DNA from: a bacterium
GTDB taxonomy: Bacteria; Zhuqueibacterota; Zhuqueibacteria; Residuimicrobiales; Krinioviventaceae
DNA length: 64,000 nucleotides
Assembly (NCBI GenBank): GCA_029561455.1
Contig: JAKQIY010000076.1
Coordinates: 5,150-69,149, forward strand
Direction of reading: 5' to 3'
Every line of letters begins with the position of its first letter. Position 1 is the first letter of the stretch. The notes below the pieces were generated by a model. It was not told the DNA's origin and ran no database searches. It saw only the letters and a program-made list of their open reading frames with translations. Below, one piece after another: positions 8,955 to 18,784 of the stretch. Position numbers and translations under genes: made by a program.

Positions 8955-11900
8955 TTACTTTAATAATACCATTTTTTTAACACTTGTAAAATCTCCGGCG
9001 ACAAACCGGTAGTAATACACACCTGAAACCACGCGTAAACCACTGGCATTTGCGCCATCCCAGATTACGGTATGATAACCGGCTTCCATCTTATTATCGA
9101 CCAACTGGCGGACCAGTTGTCCCATAATATTGTATACTTCGAGTTTGACATCCGCATTCTTGGGCAGTTCAAAACGAATTGTGGTGACCGGATTAAACGG
9201 GTTCGGATAATTTTGCGACAGATCAAATTTGGACGGAATTGGCGCTTGTGCCGAAATCGGCCCATGATGAGTACGAACACCGCTAATATTGACATCCTCC
9301 AACCGGTAATAATAGGTATGCCCGGCTTTCAGATCAAGATCGGTTATTGTATATTTTCCATCAGCAGCCGGCGGGATCAGCTTTTCATTCATTTTCACAT
9401 AGGTGCCGTATTCAGTCAAACAGCGTAATAAATTGAACCCGACATTACCGACTTCATTTGAGGTCTGCCATTCAATAACAATACCTTTATAGGGAACAAC
9501 ATTTGCGACAAAGCTATTCAGTTCCACAGAGGTGGGGTCAACAAGCCAGCTCCTTTCAGTATAGGTAACCAAATCACTTATCTTTACCGTCACGGTGTAG
9601 GGTTCATTCTGTGAATAGGAAGCCGGTTGCAGCGTAAAGGTATGACCATCCGAAACCTGGGTAGCACCCACAAACCACTGTACTGTAAGCGCATCACCAT
9701 CCTGGTCGTTGGTTACAACGCCAAACTGAATGGGTTGATTATCGGCGGCGTTGATCTTGATATGATAGGTTTGCGGCCAATAATTAGTAATTTCCGGCGT
9801 TCTGTTATAGTTTCGGATAACAACTTCAACAGAATCTTTTACCTTACCTGCCGGGTCATGATTGTCGGTAGCAATAAATAACGGGTAAAATGTTTTACTT
9901 AAATCCGGACTATTAACCACATTAAGACCGGGCGTCCAGCGGAACGAATAATTTTGATCACTGTCAGCCTCAAAAGTAGCGCCGGCCGGCAGGTTACGTG
10001 CTGTATAATATATACGTTCGCCGTCGGCATCCGTAGCCCGGATCGGAATATTAATGCTGGCGGTTTCAAAAACCTCAATTTTATTGGACAGGCTGGAGAA
10101 TTCCGGGTAATGCTGATCGTCGCCGGTGGCTTCAAAACTGATTGGTCCACCAATCAGGTAAGAACTGGTTACCTGTAATTTATTGACTACGGCATAAGGA
10201 CGCGGTCCTAATACCCAGTAAGCTTTCGCTAAACCCTTTTCATCGGATTGCACCGATTGCGGGCCGTTAATATAACCGTCACCCTGGGTTACAGTAAAGG
10301 TAACAACACCACCCGGCGCCGGGTTGCCATGACGATCCGAAACTTTGACAAACAGCGGATCAAATAACTGTTTGGACATTTCCATACGCTGCTTATCACC
10401 AGAGTATTTATCCATACGGTAAGGAGAATCGGCTAATCCGGTAACAGAAATTTCATAAGAACTGGGGTTCAGGTTCAGAGCCGAGGCTCTGATCTTGTTA
10501 AGACCACTGACAATACCTAACGTATAGAAAACATATACCTGTCCCTGCTGGTCTGTGGCTTTGGTTAGAACTTTGACACCGCCTTCCAGAGTACCTGCAC
10601 CGTTAACACTTTCATCATTAATTACCGTAAAGGTAACATTGACGCCGGAAACCGGGTTATCATATTCATCGGTGGTCTTTACAATAAACGGCTGACCCAG
10701 CGCTTGTCCGACAACTCCGCTGGCAGGGCCACTGACATAGGAAAGGAACCTGGCGGTTGTGGCGCCCAATGTCCAGGCGTAAAAAGTTGTCGAGCCTTTT
10801 TCAGGATAGTTTTTAAGCGTAGCATTATAAAGATTGATACCGACTTTGGTGCCAACCTGGGCATTAGCACGGGCAATACCATACCAATCGGTAACATGTG
10901 GATTGCTGCTGGTTATTGCTCCATTATTGGCGCCCAAGGCTTTAAATTCAACATCCTGGTTCCACACCGGCCAACCACGTTCATCTTCAACAATAACAAC
11001 CAACGCCTGTGGCAGAGCCTGGCCGGGGCCGGCGCTCAGGCTGTCGCCACTAACGATACGGGGCTTTTGTAAATCAATCGGCTGATTACCTTCAACGCTG
11101 AATTTTACTGAAGTAGCTGTCAAACCTTGACCATTAACTTCAATCAGGTTAATACCGGCTATAGTTCCCAAACGGTAATAACGGGAAGCGACACCATTGG
11201 CATCGGAATTGATCGTACTATTATCTACTATCCGTCCACCGGTTTGGTCCTCAGTCACGTTAAAATTGACCGGGAAGTTGGGAATAGGATTATCAAAATT
11301 ATCGACAACAATAACCTGTAACGGATTTTGCAAAACCGTACCGATATTACGTTCCTGACCATCGCCGCTATTGGTATGTTTAACCACGCGCTGGGCTTCG
11401 GCAGCCTGGAAAGTAACCTGGGCTTTGTTTACCAAATCAACTTCATTATTAATATCCCGTGCGGATATTTGCTTAACACCTGAATTGCGTGAAGAAATAT
11501 AACCGCTTACCTGGCCATTCTGATTGGTTGAGGTGGTCGGTTGGGTGATATTATTACCGGTTCCGGTAGCGCTGATTGTAACACCTTTCTTTTGCACAGG
11601 GTTACCAAACCGGTCGCGCAGGGTTACCGTAATCGTAGCTTTGATAGTACCATCTGAAACTTTTATAGAAGCAGGGGCAACCGCAATTGTCGATTTGTTT
11701 GCATTGGTAGAATCGGACTGAGCAATGGCGTTGAAAGTCATTGGTGAACCGGCCAATTCGGTTGCGGCAAACGCGGTAACCTGTACCTGGTAATTTCCCA
11801 CCAGGTAACCGGCGCGCCATTGTATTCTGGCAATGCCGTCGGCGCCTGTATTAACTGTGGTATCTATTGCAGTACCTGTTCCCAGAGCGCCCAGTTCTTC

Positions 11901-14900
11901 ACCTTCCAGTGTATCTTTGGGCATAATTCTAAAGGTAATCGGCTGTCCGGTTACATTGTTATTGTTTACATCTTTGGCCGCTACCTGCAAGGCGCGTCCC
12001 CAGAACTGACCGACTATCCCTTCATCCTGATTATCGCCATCAATTTTAACAATACTTGTAGCATTTGAAGATAAACCGGAAACCTGGAACAAGCCTGGAG
12101 AACCGGCCAAAGGTGTGCCGTTATTATCGGCGGAGTATTGTACTTTATTGATTTTTACACCTGCATTCAGGCCAAGGTTCAATTGCACAAAAGCAATACC
12201 GTTAGAATCGGTTTCCTTTACTTTAAGAGTATCGACTACGCCATCCAGAGTTCCGCCATTGGCAGCTTTACGGCTGGTTACTCTAAAGGTTACCTTGTGC
12301 CGGGCTATAGGTGTGCCAAAGCGATCTGTTACTTTAACACGCAGGTATTCCGGCAGAGTGCTGCCGATTACCGAACTTAATACCTTGGTGGTATCATCCG
12401 TAATCTTGATAAGTTTACTGGCAGCGCCGGCCTGGGCTGAGACAATAAAGCCATCATAGGGAGAATTGATCAAATGTACACCGCCGCGTTTGGAAATTAC
12501 GGTCAGTTTATTATTCATGGAACCGGGAGTAGGTCCAAGCCCCCAATGGATCTGGGCATAACCATCGGCATCAGTAGTAATGGTTTTGGATAACACACCT
12601 ACTTCATCAATATAACCCTGATTGCCATTCAATTCTTCAATTTCAAACAATACATTTTGCCCCGAAACCGGGTTACCGTATTGGTCGACGATCTTGACCT
12701 TGATAGGCGTAGCCAGAAACTCGCCAACAACACCATAAGTATCAAAAGTAGAATCAGGCACTACCCGGTAAGCAACATCGGAAACACCGGTTGCTTTAAA
12801 GGTAACTTTGGGGTTTACAGAAACGCTTGAAGTCGCATCGACTTCATTGTTTTCATAACCCATGGCAGAACCCAGGGTCCACTCGACTTCGGCAGTGCCG
12901 TCGTTGGCGGTTTGAATTGTAGCCTGAGTATTGCCGTTAACCAGACCGCCGCCTTTTTTAACTGTGAATGTTACCGGGTAACCGGGAACCGGGTTTTGAT
13001 AACGGTCAACAATCATAACTTGCAGTTTATTTGCAAGTGGTTTGCCAACTGTACCGGTAACGGTTTCATTGGAGACACGGATCATTTCATTAGCAGCATC
13101 CACACCGGCATAGGCTGTAAAGTATAATGGACTATTCGTAAGGGCAATGCCGCCTGTGGTTGAAGCCCTGGCGGTCATCTGCACTTGTCCCGGAATGCTC
13201 GGCATGATCCAGATAATATTCGCTATGCCGTTTACATTTGTCGTGGCTTGTTTGCTTAAATCCGGGGTTCCGGTTTGTCCCTGTAGTGTACCACCATTAT
13301 TAACAATATCAAAAGTAACGGTATGACCGGAAATTGCATTACCATACAAGTCAGTGATTTTAACTTCTATTGCTTTAGCCAGGCTGTTGCCAACAATTCC
13401 GCTCTGATTATCAGAAGCTGCATTGTTTTTAACAAGTATTGCGGCAGCAGCCGGAGTTCCGGTCGCTTTGAAAGTGATTGGCGAATTACGCAAAGTTTGC
13501 GAAGGATAATCGACCCTGAATGCAGAAGCCTGAACCACATGCACGCTATCACCGGCCACTGAACCTAATGTAAGTGTAGCTGAAGCTCGACCATCTGCGC
13601 CTGTACTTACAGTTGTTTCGGTGCTGCCAAAGAAAGACCCGCCGCCGCTTTTAACAGTAAACTTGACGGGATGACCCACAATAGGATCATTGCCGAACGG
13701 ACCGTTAACCTGTACTGTAAAGGCTTGGTTCAATGTTGTATTTACTACTGCACTCTGGTATTGCCAGGCAGTGCCAACTTTGACGCCATTGCCGGATACA
13801 TAAACAAGTTCGCTGGCAATAGCTTCTGTTGCGGTAGAATAGAAAATAACCGCAGGTATTGCCGCATAATTACTTAATTTCACCTGTACCTGGTGAACCT
13901 GGCCTACCTGGTTGCCGATAGTCAGAGAATCTGTGGCAAAACCCAGGCTGTTGGTTTTGGATACCCGCACTGTTGTTCCAGCCTGGCCCAAATAAGCTCC
14001 GGAACCCTGAATAATACGGAATTCCACGTCTTTATTCGGAACTGCATTGCCTACCTGATCCATAACTTTAACAATGAATGGTTCCTGCAAAGTGAGGCCA
14101 AGCGGCCCGGTTTGGTTATTGCCGGAGACAATAGTTAATGTGTTCGGTGCACCAATTTGGCCGGTGGCTTCAAATAGTATCGGCGTACCGGTTAAACCGG
14201 AAGCGCGCGCTTCCACTTTATTAGCGCCAGGCACATTACCCAATACCCATTCCACCCGCGCATAACCGTTAGCATCGGAAGGAATTGAAATTTCCGTCAG
14301 GTGTTCGTCACCAAGCTGGGAACTGAGATTTCCGTCGCCCTGGGTTACAACAAAATTGACCGGGAAACCTTCAAAAGCTGTATTGTCGGCGGTTTTAACT
14401 TGCACCGTTAAAAACTCTGTTAATGCCACACCAGCATCACCTGTAATTGTTCCGGTTGGAGAAACCTTGACAATTTGTGTAGGCGGATCGCCGGGCTTTA
14501 CATAAAAACTTACCGGTGAACCGGTCAAGCCGGTCGCAGAAGCCTGGATAGTATATACAGTATTCTGCGCCGACAGGGTTAGAAAAGTTTCAGCCGCTCC
14601 ACTGGCATTGGTGGTTGATTGGGCTACGGACAAAGTTCCTGTACCCGCTGTAATAGCCCAGTTAACGACTAGGCCGGGCACAAGATTGCCATACTGATCT
14701 TTTACCAACGCCCGCAGTGGGGTGGTCATCTGTTTAATCGGTTCACCCAACAGGGTATCGGGCTGCGCCGGATCGCGTTGTATGCTGACAGCAGCGCCGG
14801 GAGTCGGATCGAGTGTGAAAATAACCGGCGAACCGGTTAACGGATCAATGCCATTTTCCTGGAAAGCAGTAGCATGGATAACTACATTATTATTAGCGTC

Positions 14901-17210
14901 AGTTTTAAAAGTGACAAAAGTATAAGCTATACCGGAAGCATCGGTAACATTAGGCAGAATTGGGCCGGTACCGCCGGTTCCTGAAGGTGTATAAGAGGGC
15001 TTTTTAACTGTATCGGCAAATAAGGTTTTATCAAACTTGACGCCGGCTTCACGGGTATAAACATAAACCTTGTGGAAACCTTTGGTCATGGTAACATTCG
15101 CGATCTTTTCCCATTTCCAGGTAGTCCATTCCGAGGTCCATTTTTTTGCAACTGCGGTTTGTTGGTCAAACTGATAAAACATACTGTTGCTGAGGCCGCC
15201 GTTGGGTGGACAAATAACCCGCAGCCAGAAATCAAAATTACCGGCTTCGGGGAAATAGACTGTAATTTCCGAACCGCCATAACTGCCGATAGGGGCATCG
15301 GCGGGTGGCGCCGTAGTTCCCCACGGAGTGATCACATAAAGACCGTTGGAAGCGGTAGCATCGCTTTGGGAGACCGCCGGTGAAATAACCGCGCCGTCTT
15401 CAACCTCTTCCCAAATCAAACCGCCGTAATCATAATTATTTATGCTCAGATCGGCCTGGCCGCTGATTAAATCGAAATTGACTACTGTACCTGAGGCCGG
15501 AACGCCAAGCGCGTCGGTTACCTGAACGGCAATGGAATCGGGCAGAGTGGTGTTAATGGGGCCGGATTGGTTATCGCCAAAATACTTGTTGAGCACTTCG
15601 GCAGCAGAGCCGTCGGAATAGATGATAAAATCTTCAATATTATTGTTAAACGACCCATGTTGGAAGACGCCGGCATACCAGTCTGCCGGTTCGGATTCAT
15701 TGATCGTCAATGAACCGTCGAGGAGATCGTTAATATAGACATCAACTGTGGTCGCGGCAGCGCCCTCTTCAGACGTGATCATAACTTTGATCACATCGCC
15801 GGGGACAGGATTGCTTTGGTTCGGGCTGGTATCGCGGGAAATTCGTCCGCCGGGACCAACCTGACCATTAGCCATATCCCATAATTCCAGGCTGGCATTT
15901 CTGCGCAAAATAAAATAGCCATTGGCGCTGGTACCAGGTGAATCAAGCAACAAGGCAATGCCGACTGCCAGGGCGCCTGAAGCATCGCAATAGACATCGT
16001 CCAGGCGAACAGCTATACCGGCAGGACTAACGGCGCGATTACCTTTATATACTGCCAGGTTATTATCCCAATCCGTAGATGTACCGTCTATGATACCAAA
16101 AGAACCTTCCCTGATCTCATGCCGGACAGTTACCGCCCAGCTTGTGCCAATAGTAGTACGTTCAAAATTATCGGTTACGGTTATTACACCGGGTAACGGC
16201 CCTTCACCTTCATCTGTTGTTGCATGTGGTGAATTGGAAAGCGCAGATATATTGGTTCCATCGGAAGACTTTAAGGCAAAATAATATGTCGTATTCGCCG
16301 TTAAACCGGTTACATTAAAAGTTTCGGCGCTGCCTGAAATTTGCGGAACCGGTTCGCCGTTCACCAAAGTTGCGGCGGTAAACTCGGTATCGTTGGTAAT
16401 TGCGCTGGTAGAATACCGAATATCATAAGATGAAGCAGTACCAACAGTACCATCGTTACCAGGAGCTGTCCAGTCCAGTGTTATCGCTGTGGAACTAAGG
16501 GCGGTCGCAGTCATATCGTTAACGGCGCTGGGAGCGGTTACATCTGCCGCCGCCTTGGCAACGGTAAAGCTCTCCACATCATTAAGAATACTGGAAGTGC
16601 CGACCAGCACAATACCACCATACCAGTTGGTAAAAGTATAAACGGCGGCATTATCTGTCAATGTGCCAACTACGACATCGTTGACAAAAACCTGAAATGT
16701 ATGCGCAGTATTATTGTATTTTACTTTAAAAATTGATCCCGGAGCGGGTGCGGTTGGATTGGTGACGACAACCTCTTTAAACGTGCGGGTGCCGTCTAAC
16801 GCGCCATCGAGCAGGTACCATAACCTGATCTTGTTCGGCAGGCGGTACTGAACTAGGTAGCCATCAGCAGTAGAATAAGTAGTTGCATTAACGATGGCTA
16901 TACCACCTTGTTGCACACCATCGGCATTGCAGCCGTCACTGTCGGCAGCCCAGGTAATAGAGAACTCGTCCGGGTTGGCGACTGCTGCTGAGGCATTATA
17001 GACGCCTAATACCCATGCCGGATCGGTATCGCTGAAATTATGAAAATTACTGTTGCTTACAATACCCAGATTTGCATGAGTCGACCAGTTGCCACCAAGG
17101 GTTGACCGCTCAAAGGTATCGGTACTGGATTGCGCAAATCCTGATACACTCATAGCGAATATCAGGAAAAAAACGCTGCACAGAGTTACAAAAATGTTCC
17201 TCTTTTTCAT
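8955..17210 (-). CDS. Giant secreted Ig-repeat surface protein/adhesin with T9SS C-terminal sorting domain (2751 aa)
   Basis: GGAGG Shine-Dalgarno site. Signal peptide ending SGFAQ. Two ConA/LamG-like modules begin DTFERSTLGGNW and DNFERTTIGTSW. Fn3 domain reads LDWTAPGNDGTVGTASSYDIRYS...TTYYFALKSSD. About 15 Big_1-like repeats follow. A cadherin-like module reads IRATDADGERIYYTARNLPAGATFE...FRWTP. A PKD-like module and a T9SS C-terminal domain close the protein. Confidence 0.9.
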   Translation of the reverse strand: MKKRNIFVTLCSVFFLIFAMSVSGFAQSSTDTFERSTLGGNWSTHANLGIVSNSNFHNFSDTDPAWVLGVYNASAAVANPDEFSITWAADSDGCNADGVQQGGIAIVNATTYSTADGYLVQYRLPNKIRLWYLLDGALDGTRTFKEVVVTNPTAPAPGSIFKVKYNNTAHTFQVFVNDVVVGTLTDNAAVYTFTNWYGGIVLVGTSSILNDVESFTVAKAAADVTAPSAVNDMTATALSSTAITLDWTAPGNDGTVGTASSYDIRYSTSAITNDTEFTAATLVNGEPVPQISGSAETFNVTGLTANTTYYFALKSSDGTNISALSNSPHATTDEGEGPLPGVITVTDNFERTTIGTSWAVTVRHEIREGSFGIIDGTSTDWDNNLAVYKGNRAVSPAGIAVRLDDVYCDASGALAVGIALLLDSPGTSANGYFILRRNASLELWDMANGQVGPGGRISRDTSPNQSNPVPGDVIKVMITSEEGAAATTVDVYINDLLDGSLTINESEPADWYAGVFQHGSFNNNIEDFIIYSDGSAAEVLNKYFGDNQSGPINTTLPDSIAVQVTDALGVPASGTVVNFDLISGQADLSINNYDYGGLIWEEVEDGAVISPAVSQSDATASNGLYVITPWGTTAPPADAPIGSYGGSEITVYFPEAGNFDFWLRVICPPNGGLSNSMFYQFDQQTAVAKKWTSEWTTWKWEKIANVTMTKGFHKVYVYTREAGVKFDKTLFADTVKKPSYTPSGTGGTGPILPNVTDASGIAYTFVTFKTDANNNVVIHATAFQENGIDPLTGSPVIFTLDPTPGAAVSIQRDPAQPDTLLGEPIKQMTTPLRALVKDQYGNLVPGLVVNWAITAGTGTLSVAQSTTNASGAAETFLTLSAQNTVYTIQASATGLTGSPVSFYVKPGDPPTQIVKVSPTGTITGDAGVALTEFLTVQVKTADNTAFEGFPVNFVVTQGDGNLSSQLGDEHLTEISIPSDANGYARVEWVLGNVPGANKVEARASGLTGTPILFEATGQIGAPNTLTIVSGNNQTGPLGLTLQEPFIVKVMDQVGNAVPNKDVEFRIIQGSGAYLGQAGTTVRVSKTNSLGFATDSLTIGNQVGQVHQVQVKLSNYAAIPAVIFYSTATEAIASELVYVSGNGVKVGTAWQYQSAVVNTTLNQAFTVQVNGPFGNDPIVGHPVKFTVKSGGGSFFGSTETTVSTGADGRASATLTLGSVAGDSVHVVQASAFRVDYPSQTLRNSPITFKATGTPAAAAILVKNNAASDNQSGIVGNSLAKAIEVKITDLYGNAISGHTVTFDIVNNGGTLQGQTGTPDLSKQATTNVNGIANIIWIMPSIPGQVQMTARASTTGGIALTNSPLYFTAYAGVDAANEMIRVSNETVTGTVGKPLANKLQVMIVDRYQNPVPGYPVTFTVKKGGGLVNGNTQATIQTANDGTAEVEWTLGSAMGYENNEVDATSSVSVNPKVTFKATGVSDVAYRVVPDSTFDTYGVVGEFLATPIKVKIVDQYGNPVSGQNVLFEIEELNGNQGYIDEVGVLSKTITTDADGYAQIHWGLGPTPGSMNNKLTVISKRGGVHLINSPYDGFIVSAQAGAASKLIKITDDTTKVLSSVIGSTLPEYLRVKVTDRFGTPIARHKVTFRVTSRKAANGGTLDGVVDTLKVKETDSNGIAFVQLNLGLNAGVKINKVQYSADNNGTPLAGSPGLFQVSGLSSNATSIVKIDGDNQDEGIVGQFWGRALQVAAKDVNNNNVTGQPITFRIMPKDTLEGEELGALGTGTAIDTTVNTGADGIARIQWRAGYLVGNYQVQVTAFAATELAGSPMTFNAIAQSDSTNANKSTIAVAPASIKVSDGTIKATITVTLRDRFGNPVQKKGVTISATGTGNNITQPTTSTNQNGQVSGYISSRNSGVKQISARDINNEVDLVNKAQVTFQAAEAQRVVKHTNSGDGQERNIGTVLQNPLQVIVVDNFDNPIPNFPVNFNVTEDQTGGRIVDNSTINSDANGVASRYYRLGTIAGINLIEVNGQGLTATSVKFSVEGNQPIDLQKPRIVSGDSLSAGPGQALPQALVVIVEDERGWPVWNQDVEFKALGANNGAITSSNPHVTDWYGIARANAQVGTKVGINLYNATLKNYPEKGSTTFYAWTLGATTARFLSYVSGPASGVVGQALGQPFIVKTTDEYDNPVSGVNVTFTVINDESVNGAGTLEGGVKVLTKATDQQGQVYVFYTLGIVSGLNKIRASALNLNPSSYEISVTGLADSPYRMDKYSGDKQRMEMSKQLFDPLFVKVSDRHGNPAPGGVVTFTVTQGDGYINGPQSVQSDEKGLAKAYWVLGPRPYAVVNKLQVTSSYLIGGPISFEATGDDQHYPEFSSLSNKIEVFETASINIPIRATDADGERIYYTARNLPAGATFEADSDQNYSFRWTPGLNVVNSPDLSKTFYPLFIATDNHDPAGKVKDSVEVVIRNYNRTPEITNYWPQTYHIKINAADNQPIQFGVVTNDQDGDALTVQWFVGATQVSDGHTFTLQPASYSQNEPYTVTVKISDLVTYTERSWLVDPTSVELNSFVANVVPYKGIVIEWQTSNEVGNVGFNLLRCLTEYGTYVKMNEKLIPPAADGKYTITDLDLKAGHTYYYRLEDVNISGVRTHHGPISAQAPIPSKFDLSQNYPNPFNPVTTIRFELPKNADVKLEVYNIMGQLVRQLVDNKMEAGYHTVIWDGANASGLRVVSGVYYYRFVAGDFTSVKKMVLLK
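8958..9230 (-). other. T9SS (Por) type-A C-terminal sorting domain of the giant protein
   Basis: KFDLSQNYPNPFNPVTTIRFELPKNADVKLEVYNIMGQLVRQLVD...GYHTVIWDGANASGLRVVSGVYYYRFVAGDFTSVKKMVLLK, the canonical pattern of this domain. Confidence 0.85.
10125..15593 (-). repeat. Tandem array of about 15 divergent Big_1 (invasin/intimin-type) Ig-like repeats, protein level
   Basis: A recurring unit of roughly 100-110 aa fits the pattern G..L..P..VkV.D..GNPV.G..V.F.V..G.G.l......TD..G.A.v.w.LG...G. Examples are IKVKIVDQYGNPVSGQNVLFEI, LQVMIVDRYQNPVPGYPVTFTV and LFVKVSDRHGNPAPGGVVTFTV. The count was made by eye. Confidence 0.75.
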
Positions 17211-17475
17211 GGTTTTAAAACCTCCAGATCAATTTATATTGATTTTTTTGTTTCAAAACAAAACACTTGTACGATAAATAATCAATCTGATACATATTTG
17301 CAATCGATGTCTTGTTCATAAGTCTTTTATTTTCAATATCTTTTATAAAATTATGCTATAAAAATGCAAACTCAATGCCAATAACTTGTGCTTCAACCGG
17401 AAGAACAGTTTTTTCAAAGGAGTTACCTGTATTTAGTAAATAGTCAACTTGTTGTTTTTACGCCGGTCGACAATT

Positions 17476-18723
17476 TTAATGCAAACGTCCCAAATGAATG
17501 GTCTCTTCATACAAGTCCATTATGCGGGCATAATGTTCATCAGGCGAAAATAACAATTCCGCTTTGCGGCGGCCATGTTTTCCCATACTGATCGTAGTCA
17601 ACGGTTGTTCGCTTAATAGTTTTACTTTTTTTACAAAATCATCGGTATCCCCGGCTGTAAACACATACCCATCCACCCTCTCTTCAATCAACTCCGGAAT
17701 TCCACCAATCCGCGCGCCCAGGATCGCATTACCTAGCGAAAGCGATTCGTATATTGCCAGCGGCGAATTATCATGACATAATGAAGGCATGACCGTAAAA
17801 GCAGCATGCGAAATAATATTGCGTAATTCATCACCGGATTTATAGCCAAGCATCTCAACGTTGTCAAGTTTATAGAGGCTGATCCGGTTACGAATTTCTT
17901 CATCCAACGGACCGGTGCCGATGAGAACTAATTTAATGCTCTTTATATACCGCATTGCATCCACCAGAAACAAAACCCCTTTTTCAACCGACATTCGGCC
18001 TGCATAGACAAAATAATCGGATTTTCCATAATGGGGTTCAAAAGACTGCACATCCAGTGTATAGGGCAGGGTTCTGATGGGTTTGTTTTCATATCCATAC
18101 TCCGCCATTTTCTTTGCCAAAAAGGCGCTGGGAGCATGAAACACGTCCACCTGGTTTTTATATGATTTTAAAAGCTGATGATAAGTCGCCTCCATAGCTA
18201 CCAACATACTGGCGCCATAGCTGTTGCGAAAACATTTTTTTACAGCGGCTTTCCAGAAATACCGGCCACGGCATGCCTCACACACCTTGTTATTACCATC
18301 CAGAAAAACAATGTTGGGACATACCAGTTTGAAATCATGGCAAGTTAAAATGACCGGGATATTATAATCATGAAGGGTTTTTAAAATAGCCGGGGAAATA
18401 TGATGATATACACTGTGCACATGAGCAATATCCGGCCGGGTTTCTTCAATTAGCATGGCCAGCTTACGCTGCGCTTCGCGGTTGTAAATTACCCGCGCCG
18501 CCCTTTTCATGGTCGTCAGGGGATTTTTACTCTCCCGCAATTGTTCGGGATTAAAATAAGAGACAAAATAATCGGAATATGGCGAAGGGAAATTTTTAGG
18601 GTGTTGCATGGAAAAGGGTATAACATGATCGCCTTTTTTATTCAAGAGCTCGCTTAAATTAAAGACATAACGTTCGGCGCCGCCTTCGATATAGTAAAAT
18701 TTGTGAATCATTAACACGTTCAT
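17476..18723 (-). CDS. GT4-family glycosyltransferase
   Basis: Starts MNVLMIHKFYYIEGGAERY. Cys cluster LVCPN...CEAC. C-terminal motif PSLCHDNSPLAIYESLSLGNAILGARIGGIPELI. The track ORF starts at a TTG at 18741; the ATG at 18723 is the more likely start. Confidence 0.85.
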   Translation of the reverse strand: MNVLMIHKFYYIEGGAERYVFNLSELLNKKGDHVIPFSMQHPKNFPSPYSDYFVSYFNPEQLRESKNPLTTMKRAARVIYNREAQRKLAMLIEETRPDIAHVHSVYHHISPAILKTLHDYNIPVILTCHDFKLVCPNIVFLDGNNKVCEACRGRYFWKAAVKKCFRNSYGASMLVAMEATYHQLLKSYKNQVDVFHAPSAFLAKKMAEYGYENKPIRTLPYTLDVQSFEPHYGKSDYFVYAGRMSVEKGVLFLVDAMRYIKSIKLVLIGTGPLDEEIRNRISLYKLDNVEMLGYKSGDELRNIISHAAFTVMPSLCHDNSPLAIYESLSLGNAILGARIGGIPELIEERVDGYVFTAGDTDDFVKKVKLLSEQPLTTISMGKHGRRKAELLFSPDEHYARIMDLYEETIHLGRLH

Positions 18724-18784
18724 TAACGCTGCACTCTCCAAATTAAGTTATCAGTAAAGGTCAATATATACTAAAGGTTTCTGG

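Noticed and set aside
8955-17210. Enrichment of Bacteroidota-type O-glycosylation sequons D-(S/T)-(A/I/L/V/M/T) in the giant protein.
   Set aside because: I counted roughly a dozen by eye (for example DSI, DTL, DSL, DSV, DTT, DTV, DST). For a 2751-aa protein this rich in Asp, Ser, Thr and aliphatic residues, that is about what chance predicts. It is therefore not evidence for glycosylation.
17211-17475. Promoter (-35/-10 or FCB-type TAnnTTTG) calls upstream of the giant gene and elsewhere.
   Set aside because: I could not find hexamers with convincing sequence and spacing by eye in these AT-rich spacers. Calling promoters would be guesswork without transcription-start-site data.
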